A stretch of DNA of 64,000 nucleotides. Origin: Escherichia phage ST2. Within the stretch, counting starts at the first letter, position 1, and the number at the start of each line of letters is the position of its first letter. The stretch lies in the sequence record OM982647; one strand, written 5' to 3'. The notes beneath the pieces were generated by a model. The model did not search any database, was not told where the DNA came from, and saw only the letters and a list, made by a program, of their open reading frames with translations. A program made the position numbers and the translations under genes. Below, piece after piece: positions 29,650-38,610 of this stretch.

Positions 29650-29692
29650 TTGTTTTGATAGGTCTATAATAACATATCCTAAAAGTATGTAC
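29650..29692 (-). promoter_or_regulatory. early promoter/stem-loop cassette
   Basis: Minus strand TGTACA ... TATTATAGACCTATC. Confidence 0.4.
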
Positions 29693-29700
29693 ACTACTTT

Positions 29701-29738
29701 TTAAAAATATTTTTACCCCCTAAAGGGCCCGAAGGCCC
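29701..29738 (-). terminator. terminator-like hairpin
   Basis: GGGCCTTCGGGCCC followed by T-rich tract just after stop of 29742-30731. Confidence 0.4.
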
Positions 29739-29741
29739 TTA

Positions 29742-30731
29742 TCATTTATAGTATGAATTGTGGTTTTCTAAATAGACTTGCTCAAGGAAATCATCCCAGA
29801 AACTCATATCTACTTTTTGTTGCATACCGTTCTTAGCGGCTTGTTCCGATGCTTGTTCAACTTGGCCAACGATATCTTCTAGGAATTCTTGTACAGTTTT
29901 AAACGTATGTTTACCAAGCTTAACATCGAGAATAAATGGAGCATCCTGAAGTGGGTAAACCAGGTCGCCGGTTTTGTAAATTTCCAATAGTTGAAGTCCA
30001 CCACGACATGCATGACTCAATGCTTTCCAGTCAATACCTTCGTTAGCTTCTGCCTTACGAGCACGTTCGCCATAGTTCTCTTCTAGTTTAACCAGGATGG
30101 CATTGAACTCTTTATTGGTTAATGTGTCTTGGAATTTACGGTCTAACAGATTATAGAATGTTTGCTTACCTGTTTTCTCGTTTTCGGTTTCAACCCATGA
30201 AGCAAATTCACCTATAGGCAGAACATTCTTCATATGTGATAAACGAATTACTGCACCGTTATCAAAGTATTGTCCCCATTCATTAGAACGTTTAAGGGCT
30301 TGACGAAGAACAGCCAGTCGAGAACCCTTGACACCATATTTAGAAGCTTGCTTACGGACATACCCTAAATAAGATTTCATGTTAGTGGTATAGAAACGAG
30401 ACCTGTTATCTTGAATATACTTCCATACATCAGGCAAATCAGATTTAACTACTAGACTTTGTGGAGTGTGAAGCATATCTAATGCGACGGTTTCACCAAC
30501 CGCAGCTAGTTTAAAGAAATATTTGAGACTATATAACTCATGGTCCACGTCGTCTTTTGTGTTCTTCGAAGCAGTGTTGTTAGTGTTCTTGCTCATATGT
30601 TCTTTAACGTTACCAGTCAAGATATCACGAGCATGAGGGACATAAATTTCTTTAAAATCGACGTCAGATTCAGGAGTAGACGTTCCATAAAGGTGGCTAC
30701 CAAAGTAGCCTTTCATAATTGTTTTCATCAT
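29742..30731 (-). CDS. nucleotidyltransferase-fold protein
   Basis: 329 aa; GSHLYGTSTPESDVD (GS-x9-13-DxD pattern). Confidence 0.55.
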   Translation of the reverse strand: MMKTIMKGYFGSHLYGTSTPESDVDFKEIYVPHARDILTGNVKEHMSKNTNNTASKNTKDDVDHELYSLKYFFKLAAVGETVALDMLHTPQSLVVKSDLPDVWKYIQDNRSRFYTTNMKSYLGYVRKQASKYGVKGSRLAVLRQALKRSNEWGQYFDNGAVIRLSHMKNVLPIGEFASWVETENEKTGKQTFYNLLDRKFQDTLTNKEFNAILVKLEENYGERARKAEANEGIDWKALSHACRGGLQLLEIYKTGDLVYPLQDAPFILDVKLGKHTFKTVQEFLEDIVGQVEQASEQAAKNGMQQKVDMSFWDDFLEQVYLENHNSYYK

Positions 30732-31201
30732 TTAGCCTTATATTCAAGAGTAGGACAGACTTTTTCTTTACGGGCTTTAAGGTATTCACCTATTAATGAT
30801 TTCTTACGTTCAATAGGCTCAAGTCCATTTTTAATTCGTTCTTGGTTTTGTGCAATGAGCTCAACTTCTTTATAATACTTCCGCTCTCTGTATAAGTCGA
30901 TTAGCCACGGTATGCCTAATACTAAAACTATAGAAATACCAACACATAATGCAATGAATAAAACACCTACACCAATTGAGGCCGGAACTAATGTCCATAA
31001 ACTACTAAAGACAAAGAATTTAGTTAAAATTTCCTGGCCAACGATTGTGGCCGCTGCTAAAATCGCAAATCCAATAATCGAAACAAACAATACCGGGAGA
31101 AACGTTTTCCAAAAATAAGCACACAACGTTTTCGGACGATTCCATGTACTATTAAACGCGGCATAAATTTTAAAGTGCCAAGAGTTTTCATTGATAATCA
31201 T
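30728..31201 (-). CDS. hypothetical membrane protein
   Basis: 157 aa with three hydrophobic segments. Confidence 0.55.
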   Translation of the reverse strand: MIINENSWHFKIYAAFNSTWNRPKTLCAYFWKTFLPVLFVSIIGFAILAAATIVGQEILTKFFVFSSLWTLVPASIGVGVLFIALCVGISIVLVLGIPWLIDLYRERKYYKEVELIAQNQERIKNGLEPIERKKSLIGEYLKARKEKVCPTLEYKAK

Positions 31202-31210
31202 AATAATTCC

Positions 31211-31741
31211 TTATTTCAAAGTTGGGATAATAGAATCGAGATAAGCTTTAAGGGCAACTGCTTCATCTTTGTCTAATGTAATGATATGTTGACGAAGGTC
31301 ATCAATTTGGCGAATAACTACGACATCACCGTCTTCATAAGAAGGATTAACTCCTAGGACTGTTGTATAGTCAGGGCGGTCCTGATTTGTAATAAAAGCA
31401 TTACGGCATTTAGCCCATTGAAGTTTGGCCTTTTTGGCCGTTTCAGATTCCACGAATTCTTTCACCTTAGTGACGAATGTTTTCCAATTATTAATAGAAA
31501 AACATTCGTCTTCAGTTTCGATATTAACCCCACTATAAAGTCCATGATAAAAACGAACTTGAAGGTCTTCGTTAATGTTAATTACAGATGCATGGCCTGG
31601 TGGATTGAGTTTCAAAATTTTGTCCAGTTCCATAGGAAGAATAGTAACTGCATCATCTTCTTGTGTCAGAACGTAAGCATAACCACGTTTTTCGATACAT
31701 AAATCACCAAACAACTCAGTCATTTCAATTACAGTTTTCAT
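31211..31741 (-). CDS. hypothetical protein (176 aa)
   Basis: Start at ATG 31739-31741 (MKTVIEM); track start is a TTG. Confidence 0.5.
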   Translation of the reverse strand: MKTVIEMTELFGDLCIEKRGYAYVLTQEDDAVTILPMELDKILKLNPPGHASVININEDLQVRFYHGLYSGVNIETEDECFSINNWKTFVTKVKEFVESETAKKAKLQWAKCRNAFITNQDRPDYTTVLGVNPSYEDGDVVVIRQIDDLRQHIITLDKDEAVALKAYLDSIIPTLK

Positions 31742-31742
31742 A

Positions 31743-31922
31743 TTATTCACCAATTAAAGTTTCAACAAAATTCACCAAAGCATTCTGGCAAGCGTCAACC
31801 TGATTTTCATAAAAGTCTCCGTTATCATTTACCGCATTATAAGCTACATCATTCAAATCTGAATCGGCTTCACGTAAGTCACGGATAAGGTCCATCAATT
31901 TATTAGCTTGTTCACGGGTCAT
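31743..31922 (-). CDS. small hypothetical protein (59 aa), not in ORF track
   Basis: ATG overlaps stop of upstream micro-ORF; stop abuts next ATG. Confidence 0.3.
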   Translation of the reverse strand: MTREQANKLMDLIRDLREADSDLNDVAYNAVNDNGDFYENQVDACQNALVNFVETLIGE

Positions 31923-32029
31923 TTTACCATACTCGTTTCAATAAGATTCACTATGCCGTTTACCATGTTATAAGTAAACATCGGATAATTATATTGTACT
32001 ACAACATAAGCGATAAGCAAAAGTTTCAT
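31919..32029 (-). CDS. small hydrophobic peptide (36 aa), not in ORF track
   Basis: MKLLLIAYVVVQYNYPMF...; downstream of promoter 32040-32085. Confidence 0.25.
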   Translation of the reverse strand: MKLLLIAYVVVQYNYPMFTYNMVNGIVNLIETSMVK

Positions 32030-32039
32030 TTTGGACTCC

Positions 32040-32085
32040 GTTCGTTTTGATAGGACCACTATAACATAGTCCTACCAAGACGTAA
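32040..32085 (-). promoter_or_regulatory. early promoter/stem-loop cassette
   Basis: Minus strand GTTTAC-N18-TATAGT inside TAGGACTA/TGGTCCTA inverted repeat. Confidence 0.5.
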
Positions 32086-32086
32086 A

Positions 32087-32320
32087 CTACCGATTGTGTT
32101 TTAAATGTTGATAAAGCTCTTCAACTTGTTTAGGGTCCAAAACAATTAAGTCATTTTCTTGGCGAAGATAAATCCATCCCTTATCCCCAGGACCATTTTT
32201 ACAAAACATCACCACCATATCATCATCTTCAGCGCTTTCAGGTAAAAGTTCAAGTACACCGTCTTCAGATTTTCCAGTATAATCGTAAAGCATAATATCC
32301 TCACATAATCTCGTTAACAT
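32087..32320 (-). CDS. hypothetical protein
   Basis: 77 aa. Confidence 0.5.
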   Translation of the reverse strand: MLTRLCEDIMLYDYTGKSEDGVLELLPESAEDDDMVVMFCKNGPGDKGWIYLRQENDLIVLDPKQVEELYQHLKHNR

Positions 32321-32480
32321 ACATTTGCAATTCGGTGTGGGCGTCAGCCATCTTTTTCATAGCTCTGTTAATGTCGATGTCTCCATCTTCACAACCATGA
32401 GCATTTTCCCAATCAGATACCGCATTAGCGTACTCTTCAATCAAAAACATTAACTTAGAAATTTTTTCTTTACGTGTCAT
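32301..32480 (-). CDS. hypothetical protein (59 aa)
   Basis: ATG 32478-32480 after GGAG. Confidence 0.45.
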   Translation of the reverse strand: MTRKEKISKLMFLIEEYANAVSDWENAHGCEDGDIDINRAMKKMADAHTELQMYVNEIM

Positions 32481-32496
32481 AGCGTTCTCCTCTAGT

Positions 32497-32535
32497 AAGT
32501 AAGGTCTACTATAACACAACCTGAGGAGAAGTAAA
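32497..32535 (-). promoter_or_regulatory. early promoter GTTTAC-N17-TATAGT
   Basis: Minus strand AGTTTACTTCTCCTCAGGTTGTGTTATAGT. Confidence 0.45.
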
Positions 32536-32545
32536 CTGATAGATG

Positions 32546-32575
32546 CCAAAAAGCCCCAACCTTTCGGAAGGGGCT
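32546..32575 (-). terminator. rho-independent terminator (copy 1 of 3 identical hairpins)
   Basis: Minus strand AGCCCCTTCCGAAAGGTTGGGGCT plus T5. Confidence 0.7.
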
Positions 32576-32581
32576 AGTAAA

Positions 32582-32884
32582 TTAGATAGATGTAGGCTCT
32601 AATTTTATTTTCATGAACTCGGCAAATTGTCTGGCAGTTTTTATGCCTTGTTCATGACATTCAAATGCATCATCACAGGGGCTATTTTTGTAATGCTTTG
32701 CCATATACTTATAGAATTTTTCAGAATTCTCGACATTTTGAATTTCAAACAAAGTATATACGTTTTTAATCCCTGATTCCATAAAGTTATCAAAATATGG
32801 GTCAACATATGCAGTACCAACGATAGGAGTTGTTGCTGCAAAAAACCCCAGCATCGCCACAATGGCTATCGCTCTTAAGGCCAT
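32582..32884 (-). CDS. rI: lysis inhibition regulator RI-like (secreted antiholin)
   Basis: 100 aa; N-terminal signal/SAR-like segment; FDNFMESGIKNVYTLFE resembles T4 RI; adjacent to tk. Confidence 0.7.
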   Translation of the reverse strand: MALRAIAIVAMLGFFAATTPIVGTAYVDPYFDNFMESGIKNVYTLFEIQNVENSEKFYKYMAKHYKNSPCDDAFECHEQGIKTARQFAEFMKIKLEPTSI

Positions 32885-32896
32885 ATAGGCCTCCTG

Positions 32897-33109
32897 TTAA
32901 TTTTGGCCAGTATTTATTTTTCGCCTTTGGACGGCCTTAACATCTGCGAGGTATTTTTCCAGCTTGCGCTTGCGTGTATAATCAGCTTTAGAACCAGTTT
33001 GTCGGATATCCTCGTTTAAATGAGAAATAGAATGTCCTAATTCTCTTCGGATTTCATCCAATTGGGTTACAGTAAGATTACGAAGTTGTCTTTCGTTTAA
33101 TTGCTGCAT
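32897..33109 (-). CDS. hypothetical protein
   Basis: 70 aa. Confidence 0.5.
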   Translation of the reverse strand: MQQLNERQLRNLTVTQLDEIRRELGHSISHLNEDIRQTGSKADYTRKRKLEKYLADVKAVQRRKINTGQN

Positions 33110-33136
33110 ATATACCTCTTGGTTAGATATTAGTAT

Positions 33137-33718
33137 TTATAACAACCCTGTCAAATCATTCCAATGCTTCCGGCATAATGACACATATCTATCGGTGTCA
33201 CCAATTTCAATTTGACTGCCGTCTGTAATTGGAAGTCCGTCTTCCGTGACTCTAGCTACCATTGTGGCCTTTTTACCGCAATGACAGACACCTTTAAGTT
33301 CAACAAGCTTATCGGCGATAGCCATTAATGCTTGAGAACCTTCAAATAGATTACCTTTAAAATCTGTTCGTAGTCCATATGCCATTACCGGCACATTGTA
33401 TACGTCAACAATACGACTAAGTTGATACACCTTTTCAGTAGTTAAGAACTGAGCTTCGTCAACAAATACACAGTGAATATCCTTTTGTGCTGCAGCCCAT
33501 TTATAAAATTCAAAGATATCCATGTCTTTTGTAATTATATTGGCATCCTGACGAATACCAATGCGAGAGACTATTTCACCTTTTGAATCACGAGTATCAA
33601 TAGCCGGTTTAAGAACTAATACACCCATGCCACGTTCTTTATAGTTGTGTGCGGCAGTAAGTAATGAAGCAGACTTACCAGCGTTCATAGCGGCATATGT
33701 AAAAATTAAACTAGCCAT
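33137..33718 (-). CDS. tk: thymidine kinase
   Basis: 193 aa; P-loop AAMNAGKS; C-terminal Zn-binding Cys pair. Confidence 0.93.
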   Translation of the reverse strand: MASLIFTYAAMNAGKSASLLTAAHNYKERGMGVLVLKPAIDTRDSKGEIVSRIGIRQDANIITKDMDIFEFYKWAAAQKDIHCVFVDEAQFLTTEKVYQLSRIVDVYNVPVMAYGLRTDFKGNLFEGSQALMAIADKLVELKGVCHCGKKATMVARVTEDGLPITDGSQIEIGDTDRYVSLCRKHWNDLTGLL

Positions 33719-33727
33719 AAGAGTCCC

Positions 33728-33910
33728 TTATAGTGAATTCACGTAGTCAATGAGTTCTTGTTCTTTCCTGTCAAATGATTCCATCAATGCTTGATATTCT
33801 TCATCTGTTAAAGGAGCATATTCATCGTACGCATTGGTGGCTGCTTGCTCATCTAATAGGTCATGGATAAGTTCGAACAGTTTAGTTTTCTCTTCTTTGG
33901 ACAATTTCAT
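33728..33910 (-). CDS. hypothetical protein
   Basis: 60 aa acidic ORF. Confidence 0.45.
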   Translation of the reverse strand: MKLSKEEKTKLFELIHDLLDEQAATNAYDEYAPLTDEEYQALMESFDRKEQELIDYVNSL

Positions 33911-34134
33911 TTAGGTTCACCTTCTTTAACGAAATCTGGGTAAGGGTAAAATCCTGAGTAAAACCCTTCACCTTTATGATTGCTACAACCTTTGTTCGAA
34001 CAGTAACACCAATAATCAAAATCACAAGCCATTTCGTCATTGCATAAAGCAAAAACTACAGGCCATTCGCATTTTTCGCATTTAGCACCTGTAAGAATTT
34101 TTGTTTGACTCATAGCCATGTCACCTTTAAGCAA
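33907..34134 (-). CDS. Cys-rich zinc-finger-like protein
   Basis: 75 aa; CEKCEW ... CNDEMAC ... CYCSNKGC. Confidence 0.5.
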   Translation of the reverse strand: MLKGDMAMSQTKILTGAKCEKCEWPVVFALCNDEMACDFDYWCYCSNKGCSNHKGEGFYSGFYPYPDFVKEGEPK

Positions 34135-34337
34135 TATTCTTCTACATGTTGTTTACGGCCTTTCTTATCAATAAAGGTATATTCAACGAATGTTCCGATG
34201 TAGTCTTTATCTACATCATGTGGACTATTAATTGGACATTTTGTACGGCAAATGCGTTCCCATTGACGAATAATTACTGCCTTATTCTTTGGGTCATACG
34301 GATGTGGATAATGTATATTCATAACAATGGTTCCCAA
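34110..34337 (-). CDS. hypothetical protein
   Basis: 75 aa. Confidence 0.45.
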   Translation of the reverse strand: MGTIVMNIHYPHPYDPKNKAVIIRQWERICRTKCPINSPHDVDKDYIGTFVEYTFIDKKGRKQHVEEYCLKVTWL

Positions 34338-34816
34338 TCAACAATCACAATTTCTAGTTTAGTGGAATATGTATCTAAAATCTCTTCGATGACATCCCAG
34401 TTTCCACCACCGATACCTGCACCAATTCTTGGCATATAAATTACAGGCTTTGTTATCTTATTCTTTCCGAATTTATTTAATTCTATTATACAATTCATTA
34501 AAGCAGAGTACTCAAAATTAGGTCCAGGCTCAAACTGTGTATAAAGATTAAAACAATAAGCTTTATGGGTCTTAAAATATTTTTCATAAACCGAATAAGA
34601 CCCGAGTTTAGATTCATCTCCGAATTCGGTTTGAAGTTTATCGGCTTCCAGAATTTTTGGATAAGCCTTTGCTAATTGTCCTGCTACACCAGCGCCCATT
34701 GTATGAAAACAATTACACCCATGAGCAATATTATTACCTTTAGAAAACAGGGCGACAATATCGCCCTTGATATAGTTTTTAATCACTTGCTGCAAGTCCT
34801 CTAGTATAAGAGTCAA
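34319..34816 (-). CDS. macro-domain protein (ADP-ribose binding/processing)
   Basis: 165 aa; NIAHGCNCFHTMGAGVAGQLA and later GAGIGGG glycine-rich loops. Confidence 0.65.
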   Translation of the reverse strand: MTLILEDLQQVIKNYIKGDIVALFSKGNNIAHGCNCFHTMGAGVAGQLAKAYPKILEADKLQTEFGDESKLGSYSVYEKYFKTHKAYCFNLYTQFEPGPNFEYSALMNCIIELNKFGKNKITKPVIYMPRIGAGIGGGNWDVIEEILDTYSTKLEIVIVDWEPLL

Positions 34817-35126
34817 CTAGACGGTCCACCATAGAATTGCATGCCGCCTTATCTTTAGGTTCCGCCACCGAGCATTCTAATATTTGCCATTTTTTATGAT
34901 ATCGTTTAATTAAGGTAGACGCCTTGAACCTACTAGACGCCCCATCTTTTTCTCCGTCTTTATACGCATATAACAATTTTTGTGAAAAATCTACTTTACA
35001 CTCTTGACTTTTACCACAATAATCGGACGCCGTTCTGTTTGTATACTCCGTTACATCAGTATATGTAGTATTAGCAAGAGCGTTAAATGAAACCAAGCCA
35101 ACTATTAAAGCCAACATTTTGGTCAT
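34779..35126 (-). CDS. secreted hypothetical protein
   Basis: 115 aa; N-terminal signal peptide; paired cysteines. Confidence 0.5.
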   Translation of the reverse strand: MTKMLALIVGLVSFNALANTTYTDVTEYTNRTASDYCGKSQECKVDFSQKLLYAYKDGEKDGASSRFKASTLIKRYHKKWQILECSVAEPKDKAACNSMVDRLVDSYTRGLAASD

Positions 35127-35665
35127 TCTTTTATTTCCAGTAGTTTATTTGATTTAAGGTAATTAGCCTTTTCTAGGACTTCAGAAGCATATTTACTTCC
35201 AGCACTTGTCTTCCATCCCGCATTATATGAGGATATAGCTTTTCTTATATCCCCATTATGTATATTTAACCAATAAGAAAATTCGATATAAGCCCATCTG
35301 GCTGAATTAGACCGCTTAGATAGCATTTTCTTAATTTGGGCATCAGTCATATTATAACCAAGCTGGTTAATTCTTGCCCTCATTGTTGGTAGATAATTTT
35401 GGAACATTCCATACGCATGGTGACCTTTCTTATCTTTAAGATTAATACCGGCAGATGATTCCTGCCATAGTATTGCGGCCATTATGTATCCAAGTCCTTT
35501 CTTATGCATATTTTCATGCGTTTTAAATTTTCCGTCCTTAGAAAACTGTTCCCCAAACTGATAAGCATAATTCAAGTTATCGAGTTGGACATTACTAAAA
35601 GTATGCTCGGAGCTATGTGCTGATAATGAAAGAGCAAATAGACCAGCGAGTAGTGCTTTTCTCAT
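35123..35665 (-). CDS. secreted lytic-transglycosylase-like (SLT domain) protein
   Basis: 180 aa; signal peptide; ILWQESS ... YGMFQ motif. Confidence 0.6.
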   Translation of the reverse strand: MRKALLAGLFALSLSAHSSEHTFSNVQLDNLNYAYQFGEQFSKDGKFKTHENMHKKGLGYIMAAILWQESSAGINLKDKKGHHAYGMFQNYLPTMRARINQLGYNMTDAQIKKMLSKRSNSARWAYIEFSYWLNIHNGDIRKAISSYNAGWKTSAGSKYASEVLEKANYLKSNKLLEIKE

Positions 35666-35673
35666 GTTTACCT

Positions 35674-36132
35674 CTAGATTTTAATCACTGCTTTAGAAGC
35701 TTTTCCTGGTAGTCGTTTATTGTTAATAATAGCCATTCTGCATTGAAGAGTCTTCATTTTGAATGCTGGATTTTCGCGACAAACTGTAAGTCCTAACCAA
35801 AGATTTCCATCAGTTATTTCTAAACGGCCTGGGCGATATTCGACACCTTCGACAAAATCTTCATCAACATCTGGACGTGCCGGCATTGATAAAAATTCTG
35901 TAACTTCTTTAACATGATTTTTTACTTTACGAAATAATTCAAAAACGTAATTCTCATCTATTTCTCTTTGGATGGCACGATCTAAGAGATGTTGAGAATA
36001 CTTGATATGAAAGCCTGGTAGTCCAAGAGACTTTGCAGCATCTTTTATACCGGCATTGATTTGACGAAACTCCGTTTCAAAGATTCGACGGAGTTTATTG
36101 CGGCGGATAAAAACGTCTGAATTGATAGTCAT
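35674..36132 (-). CDS. regB: endoribonuclease RegB-like
   Basis: 152 aa; size and position relative to denV/e as for T4 regB. Confidence 0.6.
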   Translation of the reverse strand: MTINSDVFIRRNKLRRIFETEFRQINAGIKDAAKSLGLPGFHIKYSQHLLDRAIQREIDENYVFELFRKVKNHVKEVTEFLSMPARPDVDEDFVEGVEYRPGRLEITDGNLWLGLTVCRENPAFKMKTLQCRMAIINNKRLPGKASKAVIKI

Positions 36133-36147
36133 TTTGATTTCTCCTCT

Positions 36148-36190
36148 AGTTGACAGGTCTATAGTAACACAACTAGAGGAGAAGTAAACT
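36148..36190 (-). promoter_or_regulatory. early promoter/stem-loop cassette
   Basis: Minus strand GTTTAC ... TATAGACCTGTC. Confidence 0.4.
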
Positions 36191-36193
36191 ACT

Positions 36194-36409
36194 TTATTGA
36201 TAAAATGGAGTTAAAGCCCAAGATTCTTTAGATACCATATTGGCGAAATGCCTCATCTCTTCGATTTGGCGACGACGCTGGTCAGCATAGTCTTCTTCGC
36301 CTTCTTCCTTACAATCTTCAAGGTCTTCTTCAAGATACTTTAAGTATTCACTACAAATTTTGTTGACCTTTTCTTGGAAGTCCAATAACCCGGTAATAGT
36401 AGAAGCCAT
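36194..36409 (-). CDS. hypothetical protein
   Basis: 71 aa acidic ORF. Confidence 0.5.
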   Translation of the reverse strand: MASTITGLLDFQEKVNKICSEYLKYLEEDLEDCKEEGEEDYADQRRRQIEEMRHFANMVSKESWALTPFYQ

Positions 36410-36654
36410 TAGTATTTTTCCTCAGGCTGAAATACCGCGCGACAAGCCCACATACTAGCTTCCTTTAGACGCTCTTTAGCGCAGTTAAGTTGGGACAAAG
36501 CCGTCAGAGCTTCAGGAGTATTTGCTGATAATGCTTCTTCTGCCAGGGCGTCCAGAATAAGTCCTAAACGAACTTCGGCATCTTTAATAGCGTTCACTTT
36601 ACCGATTTTATCATCGGTATGTGGCTTGTAGCCTTTGATGTCTTCAATCGACAT
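36409..36654 (-). CDS. hypothetical protein (81 aa)
   Basis: ATG 36652-36654 overlaps upstream stop. Confidence 0.45.
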   Translation of the reverse strand: MSIEDIKGYKPHTDDKIGKVNAIKDAEVRLGLILDALAEEALSANTPEALTALSQLNCAKERLKEASMWACRAVFQPEEKY

Positions 36655-36868
36655 AAGGAATTTCCTCATCGGTGGCAAGGTCATATTCGACCAATTGGAT
36701 AGGCTCATTAATACCATATCCACGTACAGTGATATCGGTTGTCGGATATTTTCCAGTAATATCACCCGTTCTAAATGCTTCAATGAATGATTGCTCGCCT
36801 GAGCAACTAAACCAGGCGGCAAAACATTTTAAAACATCTTCAGACCCTTCTATAACCAATTTAGCCAT
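36644..36868 (-). CDS. hypothetical protein
   Basis: 74 aa. Confidence 0.5.
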   Translation of the reverse strand: MAKLVIEGSEDVLKCFAAWFSCSGEQSFIEAFRTGDITGKYPTTDITVRGYGINEPIQLVEYDLATDEEIPYVD

Positions 36869-37230
36869 TATAGACTCTCAGTAAAGGTACGAGCGATAAC
36901 GTCGCGCTGTTGTTCCGGAGTCAGAGAGTTAAAGCGAACTGCATATCCGGATACACGGATGGTCAGCTGCGGATATTTTTCCGGATGCTTAACTGCATCT
37001 TCCAGAGTTTCACGACGCAGAACGTTAACGTTCAGGTGTTGACCACCTTCAATTTTAACTTTAGGTTGATGTTCAATTTCAATTTCACGAGCATGCAAAC
37101 CGTAGAAAATTTCTGGGTCTACAATAGCGTCTTCTTTAAAAGTCTTAGAGACAATAATCCGGGCTTGAGTACCGTCTTCAAAATAAATAGTGCCTTTATG
37201 TGCACCTTCAAGAATTTGATATGCTTTCAT
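36868..37230 (-). CDS. hypothetical protein
   Basis: 120 aa. Confidence 0.55.
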   Translation of the reverse strand: MKAYQILEGAHKGTIYFEDGTQARIIVSKTFKEDAIVDPEIFYGLHAREIEIEHQPKVKIEGGQHLNVNVLRRETLEDAVKHPEKYPQLTIRVSGYAVRFNSLTPEQQRDVIARTFTESL

Positions 37231-37236
37231 ATAACC

Positions 37237-37545
37237 TCAATTAGAAAATAAATTTATCCAAGATTTTTCTTTAATCAAAAATGGGTCGGAATTAAACGCC
37301 ATTAAACTTTGAGTGATTAATCCCTTAAATGGCCCATCAATAAATTCCATTTTGAAATGCGGAATACTAGTCATCATCCGTGCATTAGGAGCAGTACAAA
37401 GAACCTGCTGCCCGGCGAACGGACCTTTAGTCAAACGATATCGTTTAGGTTTAAAATGGTAAATCTCGTAATTTTCTACAAGAGCCCTTTTATTGCATAC
37501 TGGGCTGTTATAACAATACTCAAAAACTTCAATAGTGGTCATCAT
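37237..37545 (-). CDS. hypothetical protein
   Basis: 102 aa. Confidence 0.5.
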   Translation of the reverse strand: MMTTIEVFEYCYNSPVCNKRALVENYEIYHFKPKRYRLTKGPFAGQQVLCTAPNARMMTSIPHFKMEFIDGPFKGLITQSLMAFNSDPFLIKEKSWINLFSN

Positions 37546-38081
37546 TGCATTCCAATCACAAAAAATTGAGGACGAGCATTACCGCCGATGCAATATTTGC
37601 TTTTGCAGCAGTGCTGTACTGTTTTAATGTGGACATTGTAAATCTTATCCATATCAGGAGCTTTAATAGGTTCGTCAATTATATACAGAATACGAGAAAG
37701 CGTTAATCCACGGAATTTAGAACCTTCATTGCCAATAAAACTACGAACAGAATCAGTAAATAAACGGAATCGAATATCATCGCTAGAATAACGAGAAAAT
37801 TCTTTTTTAATGTCGCCAGCAGAAATTTTAGCATAAGCTGAAGTATTAGAAAGAACAATAACTGTTCCGCCATCATATAACCAATTAGCAGCAAAGTTAG
37901 TCACAGCAATTGATTTACCTGATTGTCTGCCACCGTCTAAACGAAGTGTACAGTACTGCTTGAGTACGTCTTCAAATGGTGGGACATAACCATTCTTACA
38001 AATTTCTTCTACTCTAGCATCAGAATGGTGTGTAAAAGCATTCATCAGGGATAGATAAGGACCGGTTAAAAATGTTCTCAT
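37542..38081 (-). CDS. P-loop NTPase
   Basis: 179 aa; Walker A GGRQSGKS, Walker B ILYIIDEP. Confidence 0.55.
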   Translation of the reverse strand: MRTFLTGPYLSLMNAFTHHSDARVEEICKNGYVPPFEDVLKQYCTLRLDGGRQSGKSIAVTNFAANWLYDGGTVIVLSNTSAYAKISAGDIKKEFSRYSSDDIRFRLFTDSVRSFIGNEGSKFRGLTLSRILYIIDEPIKAPDMDKIYNVHIKTVQHCCKSKYCIGGNARPQFFVIGMQ

Positions 38082-38255
38082 TTAGTTTCTCTTTTAGGTT
38101 GGGGCCATTCCGTGGCACATGTTAGGTCCTTCGACTCGCTATGTAAACCCATTACCGCACTTGGGCTCGACCTTATTACAGGTTGGAAAAGGTACATCAC
38201 TCAGAGGACTCGACGTTCATAAGGAGAGGTTGCGTTTCCCTTTATTAGGCAAGAA

Positions 38256-38585
38256 TTATACTCTAGGCTTTTGAGCTTGTTTGGTATTGGATTCCCATGC
38301 GGCTTTGGTAATTTTGTTAGCGGCATAACCAAAGGCATTAGATAGAACACCTTTAGAGTTGAATACATCCAATCCAATAAGTACACCGGCTGTGTTAAAT
38401 TTAGGAGCAAAGTACGCATTAGTTTTAGAAAGAGCTTTTTTCAATTCAGGGTCTTGAACCAAGCTATCAAAAACGCCTTTACTATTTACTTTATATGTTA
38501 CTTTGGGATTTTTACCTTCTTCGATAGCAGCTTTCTGTTCCGCAGATAATGTAACTTCAGTGATAAACTCTTGATATGTTTTCAT
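38256..38585 (-). CDS. internal (capsid-packaged) protein candidate with CTS leader
   Basis: N-terminus MKTYQEFITE (capsid targeting sequence ending in Glu). Confidence 0.65.
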   Translation of the reverse strand: MKTYQEFITEVTLSAEQKAAIEEGKNPKVTYKVNSKGVFDSLVQDPELKKALSKTNAYFAPKFNTAGVLIGLDVFNSKGVLSNAFGYAANKITKAAWESNTKQAQKPRV

Positions 38586-38610
38586 TTTGTTCCTATTGTT
38601 TTAATTTATG

